The translations under genes were made by a program, and so were the position numbers. Source: an uncultured virus (IMG/VR IMGVR_UViG_2061766007_000286) (taxonomy: Duplodnaviria; Heunggongvirae; Uroviricota; Caudoviricetes). Taken from it: a DNA stretch of 64,000 nt. Positions within the stretch are counted from its first letter, which is position 1. Every line of letters begins with the position of its first letter. The stretch is from IMG/VR virus record IMGVR_UViG_2061766007_000286. One strand, 5' to 3'. Shown here piece after piece: positions 30,445 to 39,400 of this stretch. The notes under the pieces are model-generated. The model worked only from the letters and a program-made list of their open reading frames with translations. It had not been told where the DNA came from and did no database searches.

Positions 30445-30962
30445 AAGAGTCCGTAGACGGCAATGTAGTAGAAAACGGCATCGAATTCGATGATGATTAC
30501 CTTTGGTGGGAGAATACATACCCGTCATGGTATGCGCACGTTGCTGGCGACATGAAAAATGGCGTAGTTATTCTAAAGGACGCTTCTAAAAACCCGGACG
30601 GATCGCATGACCTGCACGTTGTTGGCTCACCAAAGGAAGAGATACAAGCGTGCATCAAATGTTTGTCGGACAACCTTCCGCAAGATGTCAAAAGAATTTC
30701 TTCACACGGTGGAATATCTCCTGGTGGAATAAGTGCCATCCTTCGTTTTCAAAAATGTGGGTGGAATCTTGTCGGAACCGAATCCAAGAAAGACAGCGGG
30801 AAGGACAACCATTACTGGTCTTGTAGCGAACTTTATATAGACAGGCTCAAAAAATGGCTTGACAACCCAGAACACAAAAACTATTGGGAATGGACAGGGG
30901 AAAAGAAAGGTGACCCACGCGAAGACACATGCCCAAGGGTTCCTATAATGGAAAGGCAATGA
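30431..30962 (+). CDS. hypothetical domain, probable frameshift extension of 29746..30444 (ORF track calls only 30552..30962)
   Basis: Frame reads KSVLKESVDGNVVENGIEFDDDYLWWENTYPSWYAHVAGD before the first ATG at 30552, which has no clear RBS. Confidence 0.55.
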
Positions 30963-30984
30963 TACACAAATCAGCTTGAAAAAG

Positions 30985-31012
30985 AAAAGCTGGATCATCT
31001 GATCCAGCTTTT
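30985..31012. terminator. bidirectional hairpin terminator
   Basis: AAAAGCTGGATC-atct-GATCCAGCTTTT between convergent genes. Confidence 0.8.
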
Positions 31013-31027
31013 TATATGACATACATG

Positions 31028-31261
31028 TCAACAAAATGGACCAAGCGGACTTCCCTTTTCCCAAGGCTCCTTCTTTTCTTCAATCCGTTTATTGTTTTCT
31101 TCGATTTCTTTCTCAATTTTTTTTTGTTTTTCTTTCCACAATAGATTCTTAAATTCATCATTATCGTCAAGAACTTTACAGATATAATGATGCAGAATCA
31201 GCATACAAATCAAAACAGCAAGATTGCTACCAATAACAATGCCATACGTAATAGTTTCCAT
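31028..31261 (-). CDS. small membrane protein
   Basis: One hydrophobic segment (YGIVIGSNLAVLICMLILHHYI) then a charged tail; GGAG RBS; AT-rich. Confidence 0.6.
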   Translation of the reverse strand: METITYGIVIGSNLAVLICMLILHHYICKVLDDNDEFKNLLWKEKQKKIEKEIEENNKRIEEKKEPWEKGSPLGPFC

Positions 31262-31308
31262 TGTTGATATTCTCCATATAATAGCGCGAAGCGTTCTTCG
31301 CTTACTTT

Positions 31309-31321
31309 AATATAGGTTTTT
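31309..31321 (-). promoter_or_regulatory. putative early/middle promoter
   Basis: AAAAACCTATATT upstream of ATG 31261. Confidence 0.55.
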
Positions 31322-31322
31322 C

Positions 31323-32879
31323 CTAGTAATAAACACTACTCTCCATCGGCGGCAGATATCCACCCATGGCACCAGCCACCCGTTCCATTCCAGGAACATA
31401 GTCCTGTATGGAGTCGCCGCGTTCTGGAGTCTTCCACTTGATCTCCTTGATGCATTTGTTCATCGTTCTCTTGACGAGATCGGTGCGGTATATCCTCGGG
31501 TCAAGCCACAGCTTGTATTCTCCGACGTTCTTCTTGAGTTTCGGGAACAACTTCAGTTCGGACAGAGCGTAGTTGAAGTCACCCTGATGCATGGCGTACA
31601 GAGCGTTGTAGTAATGCGGCTCGAACCGCTTCGGGAACAGGTCGAACATCCTCTGCAGCACCTTNNNNNNNNNNCTTTTCCATCGTTCTCTTGACAAGAT
31701 CAGTGCGGTATATCCTCGGGTCCAACCACAGCTTGTATTCTCCGACGTTCTTCTTGAGTTTCGGGAACAACTTCAGTTCGGACAGAGCGTACTTGAAGTC
31801 TCCCTGGTGCATTGCATACAGAGCGTTGTAGAAGTGCGGCTCGAACCGCTTCGGGAACAGGTCGAACATCCTCTGCAGCACCTTNNNNNNNNNNTGCCTG
31901 CGACGTTATGGCCATGATGTACTCGCACGCCTTCAGGGTTTCCTCTGGGAAGTCGTTCTTGAACCTCTTGTCGAAAACCCTTATGTGGAACCACTTTATC
32001 GACTCGTCTCTGTTGCCGATGTCTCCATACGACAAGCCGAGATACATGGCCGTTCTGGCGGTCGGTTCCCGCTTCCACTCCTTTTTCAGTATGCGGATGT
32101 TCCGGTTTATGTCTCTGCTCTTCTTGTAGTTTCGTATTTCGATCGGCACGAATATGCGGCGGAGGTTCTTGGAGAACATCATGTACTCGTGTATTCTCCC
32201 GACCATTCTCGTGCATTCTCTGGGGCCTATGCGGTCTCTGCTGAAGGCGAAAGTCTTCGACGTGCACGTTGGNNNNNNNNNNAGGTTCCCGCTTCCATTC
32301 CTTTTTAAGTATGCGGATGTTCCGGTTTATGTCTCTGCTCTTCTTGTAGTTTCGTATCTCTATCGGCACGAATATGCGGCGGAGGTTCCTGGAGAACATC
32401 ATGTACTCGTGTATTCTACCGACCATTCTCGTGCATTCTCTTGGGCCTATGCGGTCTCTGCTGAAGGCGAAAGTCTTCGACGTGCACGTTGGCATGGAGA
32501 AATAGACGTTCTTGTCCTTGGCCGTCTCCGTGACGAATATGTGCCGAAGCTTCACCTGGTCCTGCACCATGTCGTTGGCGTCCAACCACATGACGTAGTC
32601 CTTTGTGCACTGCTCCAGCGCGTATTGCTTTGCGGCACCGAAGTCAAAGTCTCCGTCCTCGTCGTGGAACCTGTTTCCTGCCTCAAACAGGCGCACGCGG
32701 TTTTTCTTTCCTGTACGCTTGATCAGTTCGCGAAGAAGCTCGACCGTTTTGTCGGTCGAGCCAGTGTCCACGATGACGATTTCGTCCGCCAGCTGATTTA
32801 TGTGATTCAGCGTGTTCAGTATTCTGTCGTGCTCGTTTCGCACGATCATGAATACCGAAAGAGTGCTTGCCGCGGCCAT
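31323..32879 (-). CDS. GT2 glycosyltransferase with TPR-like C-terminus (one gene fragmented by three gaps)
   Basis: LSVFMIVRNE, EIVIVDTGSTD, DFGAAKQYALEQCTKDYVMWLDAND, GRIHEY; helical RTAMYLGLSY and RFEPHYYNAL segments; duplicated pieces flank the gaps. Confidence 0.8.
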
Positions 32880-32882
32880 TGT

Positions 32883-33359
32883 TTAGTCTTCGATGATTAG
32901 GGAAAGTACTTCGAAGATCTCGTTGTCGTTGTAGACGTTTTCCTTCGAGATGATCGGCATGTCGTCGAGCTTGCACTTTCTGAGTTCAAGCTCGATGGTT
33001 TCTCCCATGAACTCGTTCTTCTCGAAGTTGTACTTGTCAATGGCGTCGACGAGATCCTTGTTGCCCGTCTTTACCTGTTCGAGTTCCTTGCCGATCTGCT
33101 GCTTTTCTTCTTCGGGCTTTTCGTTGAAATCGGCCTCGGTCTTGATGTCGTGCTTGGCATAGACCTCGCGCTGGAGCTCGACGAACTTGTTCCACTCTTC
33201 AGGCACCGGGAACGCTTCGTTTGTGGCCGTGATTTCCGCGTCGGTCGCCTTGATGTTGAAGGACGACATGTAGCGGAAACGGTTTGAGATTGGATAATCG
33301 AACTTGGCGTTCTTGAGAACGGCGTTAAGCTCAAATGCCTGCTTTCTTGTCAATTCCAT
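32883..33359 (-). CDS. hypothetical phage protein (helical, DUF1617-like)
   Basis: 158 aa, AAGGAG RBS; family resemblance by eye only. Confidence 0.5.
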   Translation of the reverse strand: MELTRKQAFELNAVLKNAKFDYPISNRFRYMSSFNIKATDAEITATNEAFPVPEEWNKFVELQREVYAKHDIKTEADFNEKPEEEKQQIGKELEQVKTGNKDLVDAIDKYNFEKNEFMGETIELELRKCKLDDMPIISKENVYNDNEIFEVLSLIIED

Positions 33360-33390
33360 GTGGTTTCTCCTTGGAAAATCTTGTGACTAT

Positions 33391-33404
33391 AATATAGGTT
33401 TTTT
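33391..33404 (-). promoter_or_regulatory. putative early/middle promoter
   Basis: AAAAAACCTATATT upstream of ATG 33359. Confidence 0.55.
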
Positions 33405-34557
33405 AACACAGCTCGTACACGATGTATCTCAGCACCAGCGCCGTATCATACTTGATGTAAAGGGTATCTCCCTTTATCCGGAACGAAACGGCATCGGTTC
33501 TAGCAGCCTTGAACACCTCTTCGAACATATCCCCTGGAATAGTTATATTGCGGGTTCCTTCCATGGCCAAACCGCCACGAACCGATATGCTGTATCTGTC
33601 CGCGAAAACATAGGTCATGTCGGCGGTAACCTTGTCAACGGGCTCTATCAACAGGGTGAAATCTTTGCTCGGGGCATTGCATCTGTTCATGATACCCAAC
33701 GCATACTTGGCATATTCCGGGTCAATTGTCATGTACGGATCGGCTTCGTCGTACAGGTTTTCCACTGGATCCTCGGGATCCGGCAGGTCGCACATGAAAT
33801 CATATTCCGGCGTCTTGCAGTAAAGCGTGCTTCCGTCCTTGGAAATGTATATCTTGTTCGTGCCGACGCTTCCGGTTCCGGTCATCAGAACGAACATGTC
33901 GTATGGAATGGTCACTCGTATGTCCTCTGCGCCAGAAGCGTTCTCGCTTGTCTTGTACGTGGCTATCGACTTGAGCCCACCGGCATCGCATTCGAACGAC
34001 ATCTTTTCGTCCTTTACGACGAAAGTTATGTTTTTGGCCTTGTCGAAGATGTTTGTGTGCTTGATTATCGCGCCCGCCGCGATGTTGTCCAGGGAAACGC
34101 AGCGCATTTCACCGGCCTTGCTGGAAAGGTCTATGTCGCGCTTTTCAAACCCGATGTCGTATATCTTGAGACGCACTTCCAGTTCGTCGTAGTCCTTGTC
34201 GGCGTTGTAGTATGAGTTGATGACCAGCTCTGGATTTGACTCGTCTTCGTCGTCTATCCAGATCGAGATCAGCTCAGAAGCGCACTGCTTGATAACGTTG
34301 TAGAAGTCAAACATGTTCACGCACACGTTCTTGTCGAGTATTGGAGAGTCTCCGAACGGATATACCTTCGCGGACACCGTCATGTCGTTGGATAGGCGCA
34401 CGGTCTTCTTCCCGTTCTCCTCGTAACACTCGATGTAAAGCCTGGAATTTTCGGCTTCCTTTTCGTCTCTTATGGACTGTGTCAGGAAGTTCATCTTGTT
34501 CTGCAGTCCGCCGAATTCGGAGAACTTCATCACGATGGGGTCTTTTTCTTCTGCCAT
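33403..34557 (-). CDS. probable DNA sliding clamp (DnaN/beta-clamp-sized)
   Basis: About 384 aa, acidic, three repeats of a strand/helix pattern like the beta clamp; start moved to ATG 34557 downstream of the promoter motif. No diagnostic short motif. Confidence 0.45.
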   Translation of the reverse strand: MAEEKDPIVMKFSEFGGLQNKMNFLTQSIRDEKEAENSRLYIECYEENGKKTVRLSNDMTVSAKVYPFGDSPILDKNVCVNMFDFYNVIKQCASELISIWIDDEDESNPELVINSYYNADKDYDELEVRLKIYDIGFEKRDIDLSSKAGEMRCVSLDNIAAGAIIKHTNIFDKAKNITFVVKDEKMSFECDAGGLKSIATYKTSENASGAEDIRVTIPYDMFVLMTGTGSVGTNKIYISKDGSTLYCKTPEYDFMCDLPDPEDPVENLYDEADPYMTIDPEYAKYALGIMNRCNAPSKDFTLLIEPVDKVTADMTYVFADRYSISVRGGLAMEGTRNITIPGDMFEEVFKAARTDAVSFRIKGDTLYIKYDTALVLRYIVYELC

Positions 34558-34581
34558 TGGTTTGCCTTGTGTTTTGGAGTT

Positions 34582-34597
34582 AATATAGGTTATTTTT
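34582..34597 (-). promoter_or_regulatory. putative early/middle promoter
   Basis: AAAAATAACCTATATT upstream of ATG 34557. Confidence 0.55.
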
Positions 34598-34623
34598 GAG
34601 ACGGCTATTTCCACACCCTTAAG

Positions 34624-34631
34624 TATAAACT
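34624..34631 (+). promoter_or_regulatory. putative late promoter TATAAACT
   Basis: 20 nt upstream of ATG 34652. Confidence 0.65.
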
Positions 34632-34651
34632 ATATACGACGTTCCAAGCCC

Positions 34652-35761
34652 ATGAAAGCCACAAAAGTCATAGGAAAAAAGCTCGTTCTCTACATAAATC
34701 GCGGCATAAACTGGCGCGACCACCGAGACGTTATACTGGAGTTCTGGACTAGTGGTCCTTGCCGGAAAAGCGGCTTCAACCCAGCTCAGTTCAAGGGTGT
34801 TTTCTACGCATCCGACCTCCAGCCAAATGAGCTGCTGGCCTACAAGAAGTGGTTCAACGAATACGACTTCAACAACCAGGAAAAGGACTGGCTCGACTTC
34901 ATGGACGGCGTCCTGAACATATTCTACAAGACCAAGGCCCTTGGCATATGCCCGGACAACACGTGGTTCATAGACTTCGTGGACTCCGACGTGGCCGTGG
35001 TCGAAATCTGCAAAAAGCAGAAATACTTCGGAAAACCGAACATAAACGCCCTTTGGAAGATGGGAACGACCGAGCTCTATCGCAGCAACGCCAACATCAA
35101 AAACGGGTACATGTTCACGCAGCGCCTGTCCGATGTGGAAACACGAGACATCATAGGCAAGAAACAGGCCATTATCTTCCAAGCTCCCAAGTCAGTGATG
35201 ATAGAATACTTCGACGGGAAGGAAAAGAAGAGAAAATGCGTGAATTGGGCAGGAGAAGCCATAAACATGACCCGTCTGAAAATATACCCGGACGGGCGCG
35301 TTCTGATCATTCCGATCCAGTTCGACGGCTCCATCGTCAAGATGTCCAGAATGGTGCCTAGCGGCGACAAGGTGCCTACGATTCCCATGTCGATCGGTTC
35401 TCTCAGAGCCCACATAAAGAAACACGAGTTCGACATGTACGGCAGGGACAACCAGATCGACGAGGAAAACAGGGAAACCCGTATCGAGGTCAACAAACGC
35501 CTTAACGCCGTCACCACGCTTTCAGACGAGGACATACATCTCGACGAAGCCCCAAAGATCGACAACGTGAAGAAGTTCATCGTGTACGGGAACGTATCCG
35601 ACGAACGGCGCGAGTACAACCGGCTCATCCGGAAGAAGAGAAAGGAAATCAACCAGAAGGTGAAGAGCGAGACCAAGAGACGACTTCGCGAAATGCTGAA
35701 GAACGAGAAGAAGAAGGAAAAGAGAGGCCCGCTCCGTTTGAGGAAGCTGTTCAACAAGTAG
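34652..35761 (+). CDS. hypothetical protein with very basic C-terminus
   Basis: 369 aa ORF with the codon style typical of the window. Confidence 0.7.
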   Translation: MKATKVIGKKLVLYINRGINWRDHRDVILEFWTSGPCRKSGFNPAQFKGVFYASDLQPNELLAYKKWFNEYDFNNQEKDWLDFMDGVLNIFYKTKALGICPDNTWFIDFVDSDVAVVEICKKQKYFGKPNINALWKMGTTELYRSNANIKNGYMFTQRLSDVETRDIIGKKQAIIFQAPKSVMIEYFDGKEKKRKCVNWAGEAINMTRLKIYPDGRVLIIPIQFDGSIVKMSRMVPSGDKVPTIPMSIGSLRAHIKKHEFDMYGRDNQIDEENRETRIEVNKRLNAVTTLSDEDIHLDEAPKIDNVKKFIVYGNVSDERREYNRLIRKKRKEINQKVKSETKRRLREMLKNEKKKEKRGPLRLRKLFNK

Positions 35762-35779
35762 ATTCGCCGTTTCTCGGTT

Positions 35780-35787
35780 TATAAACT
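35780..35787 (+). promoter_or_regulatory. putative late promoter TATAAACT
   Basis: 26 nt upstream of ATG 35814. Confidence 0.65.
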
Positions 35788-35813
35788 ACAATTAAGCGAC
35801 GCGGACAAAAACT

Positions 35814-36230
35814 ATGGCACGACCAATACCTCCAGGGCCTGGTATGCCCAATAGGGCGAAACGCATTGGACCACCGTCACACGGCCCTAGACCACCCTGT
35901 CCGTGCCCCCACAGACCACCTCCTCCAGGTTTCATGTGCCATCACCCGCACATACCACCTCTTTGCCATCCGCATCGCCATTGGCCGGTCATGCCACACG
36001 ACGGTCTGGGAATACGACGCATAGTGTATAGCCGGGAATTCGGCGATCAGAAGCAGTTCCGATACATAGTGGACCGTTTCGGTCGTAGAGACGTTTTGGC
36101 AAAAGGTTGGATACCAACCAACGAGTGCGAGGGAAACGGCATCCCGCTTCCAGGACCGCAGCCCTGGTCAGGCGGAGAAGGGATGGACCTTCCAAACTAT
36201 CTTTGGAGCAAGAATGTCTGGGGGTGGTAG
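35814..36230 (+). CDS. Pro/His/Cys-rich hypothetical protein
   Basis: PPCPCPHRPPPPGFMCHHPHIPPLCHPHRHWP; has its own late promoter. Confidence 0.6.
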   Translation: MARPIPPGPGMPNRAKRIGPPSHGPRPPCPCPHRPPPPGFMCHHPHIPPLCHPHRHWPVMPHDGLGIRRIVYSREFGDQKQFRYIVDRFGRRDVLAKGWIPTNECEGNGIPLPGPQPWSGGEGMDLPNYLWSKNVWGW

Positions 36231-36434
36231 ATGGACGGCGAACAGGAAACCTTCGAATACAACGGCATAACGTACTTCAATGTCAGCGTAAGCGTTTTCG
36301 GCATGCTGTATTCGCATAAAATGTTCGGGACGAACATCCGCCGAAACGAGATAACGAACCCAGAGCTCCTCAAACTGTATTACGCGAAAAAGCCCTTCGG
36401 CGTCTGCTATCGCGGCATCCGTCTAGAGCTATAG
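36231..36434 (+). CDS. small hypothetical protein
   Basis: 67 aa; the ATG directly follows the upstream TAG in the same frame. Confidence 0.55.
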   Translation: MDGEQETFEYNGITYFNVSVSVFGMLYSHKMFGTNIRRNEITNPELLKLYYAKKPFGVCYRGIRLEL

Positions 36435-36447
36435 CTACCAGAACAAT

Positions 36448-39400
36448 CTATCTGATGTATTCCGCTTCGTAGTATCCGTCGCGGTCTTCGTTTGAACCGT
36501 CTATCTCGGCATCGACTTCATAATAGTCCGGTCTGTTTATGTCCTGTCCAGGACGGGCGTCGATGATGGAAACTGGCGTTTCATGCGTGAGCCAGTCGGC
36601 GTTCATGTCGGTGTGCAGCGGTATACTGTAGCCGCCGTTTCTGTTCGCGTCGTTCATGGTTTCGAGAGCGCGCATGTCCGGATAGCTGTACATGGCGTTC
36701 AGAACCGGATCCGACATGTTACCACCGGTTCTCGCGTTTCTCCACGGAACATCCGTTCCTTCCATGGCAGATACGGCTGGGCGCATGTGCCAGTATACGC
36801 TCCACAGGTTTGGCTGGAACAGATACAAGTCCGTGTTGGCGTCTACCAATCCGCCGTGTACGTTGTTCGGCACCACGAAGCCGATATACTTGTTGGGTTC
36901 TGCCAAACATGTAAATTGCGTAGAATAGTTCGAATGAATGTCGATTGTCGGATCGAATTCCGGCTTTCTATTACCGTCGTTGTCATAAGGCAGATCGTTC
37001 GCGAGGAACGGAAGTATGCCGCGTGTTATTTCGATCGGACGCATCTTGTAATAGGGAACGCTCTCCAAATCCAAGAAAGCGTTCTGCTCTGTATTGCAGC
37101 AGTTGTACTTGAATATGCGATCGGTGTTTGTCCTTTCAAGTATCGGGTCGTATGGGTACGTTCCTTCCTTGATGAAGTTCTCGACGTAGTATACCTTTAT
37201 TGCATCGTTTCCAAAATCATACGAGGACACTTCGTTTTCCAGTCTAACCGCAAACGCCGGGTCACCACCCGTTGTTGGATAGTAACCGAGTTCCGTGACC
37301 GTCGCCCTTGCAAGTTTCTTGTTTGCGTCCTCAAGCATAAGAATGACGCCGACGCTGATATAACTGCCAGCGGCTGGACTTGGCAAAATCAACCAGAGCT
37401 TGTTCGGATCGATATTGGAATCGCCGTCCTCGTATGGGTAATGGAGCATGTCCCAATTTATGTCGTTCTTCACCCTTTCTATAGGCATGTAATCGAACGC
37501 AGATCTTCCGGTCGCGCCTGACCTAAGCATTGACTTCTCTGTGGCTGTAAAGGCGGCATTGCCTATTGTCGGCGTCAGATACGATGTGGGTGCCTGCTTG
37601 TAGTCTAGCAACAGCCACCTACCAGCCGCAGACGAGAACACAAAGGACATGTTGACGCGGGTGTAGACGTACTTCATCTTTGTGAGATAGTACGAACGAT
37701 CAACTATGTGTCCGAGGGCGCTTACTGAGACGTTTCCGACGTAGTCTTCATTTTGCATTTTGAAATACACGGACGACATGTTGCAGTCTTCCAGCAACGC
37801 GGTCCCGGGATCAACCACACGTTCGCTTTCATCGAACGCGAAATTGTCGTCAATGTATTTGCCAACCAATTCATTGGTTTCCGACGTTGACGAAACGACG
37901 TTGTTCAATAGATAGTCTCTGAGAGCATATCTATACGTTCTTTCGGATGATTCGGATGCGCTGGAAGTGTCATATGAAGAGCTTTCCGGCGTTCCGTGAA
38001 CGACTATTCTGAACGAATCGTAGAAACGCATAGGCATCTTGTTCGAATACCCAGTGATGTAATTGCGTATGAACTCTTCGACGTTCTTGTCGTCATCCGA
38101 ATAGTTTATGGACGAAAATGCTTCCATTCCACCCTTAGAATTTCTCACGACAAGAAGCGGGTCCGATTTTATGGATTCCGACATTGTCTCGGCCAACAGC
38201 GGATCATCGTATCCTATGGTATCCGGTGGAGTAAACGGATATGTTGTATCCGTTGAAAACAGCTTCGCGAACGGTGTCCACGAATAGCCATAGAAAGGAC
38301 CGTGTGTTTGCATCGGCGTGGAGTAGAAGTCGAAAAATCTGCTTGATGCTGGCGCACTGAACGAGCTGTCCATGAACTCTCTGTTCAAGTCGTTCAATAC
38401 AAGGCTGGATTCATCTCCTATTGCTTTCTTCATTGCCACAACGAGAGGGTGATCAGATGAAGGATAGAAGGAGCGCATAGGATCCATCTCGGAAACAATG
38501 TCTCCTTCTATGTACCTGTTTCTGGCGTCCGTATTCGATTTGTCGCCATACAGAGAGGTGTACCCGGCACGCATGTATTCTTTCATCGCGGCCATCGAGG
38601 AATTTTCGGTTCCACGATACGAGTTGTCCGTCTTTATGTCATCGGAACCGTTGCTGGAGTTGTCTGACGCGTTCACGTAATCATACGAATTGTATACAGC
38701 CTTGGTGAGCCAACGATACGGATTGGACTTCTTTTCGTCGTACACATATGGCGTCTTGTAGTTGTTGCACTGTATTACGTTTCCGTAAAGGTGCTCCGGT
38801 ATCGCCATTTCACTGCGGTCGTCGTAGCACACCTTGATTGTGTTTGCCATGTCGAAAACCGCAGTTGAATCGCCGCGATCGCCGAACTTGGAGTAAAAAC
38901 TTGAGTCGGCGCTTGGTTCTGAAACGCCAGCAATGGCAGCCTTGCGTCGGACGCGTCCGTTCAGGAAGTCGTTTACCAAGCTACCATAAGCCTTTCTGGC
39001 CTGTCTTCCGTAATAAGAGTATCCGACATTTTCGTCAAATTCTTTCGCATCTACGTTGACGATGCTCTCGGGGAACCACACGCGCACGATTGAGTTGATG
39101 AATTGCCAGTTGTTCTGCTGGACATAGGTATCGGTCGTCAAATATGCGACAGGAACATCTCTCAAATCGAACTTAGAGTACGTACCGTCCTCGCTGTTGT
39201 ATATGAACGCAAACCGGTCCTTGATATACTTATTCCTTCTATACGCGACTGCAGCCGCGGATTCCGACCCGAGGTTGTGCGTGTTCATCAAACTCTGCTT
39301 CATCAACCGCAATTCCGGGTCGTTGTCTATTCTCCATGCGAACGTGTTGGTAGATGTTGGATAGATGGTCGCCAGGCAGACTCTCCGGTCTTCCTCTTCC

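Noticed and set aside
31117..31125. A9 run (minus strand) as another slippage site
   Set aside because: It lies in a Lys-rich stretch of a short AT-rich gene ending near a terminator; no convincing alternative-frame product.
31323..32879. Glycosyltransferase pseudogene or several small genes
   Set aside because: All frame breaks coincide with N-gaps and duplicated flanks; the pieces join into one gene.
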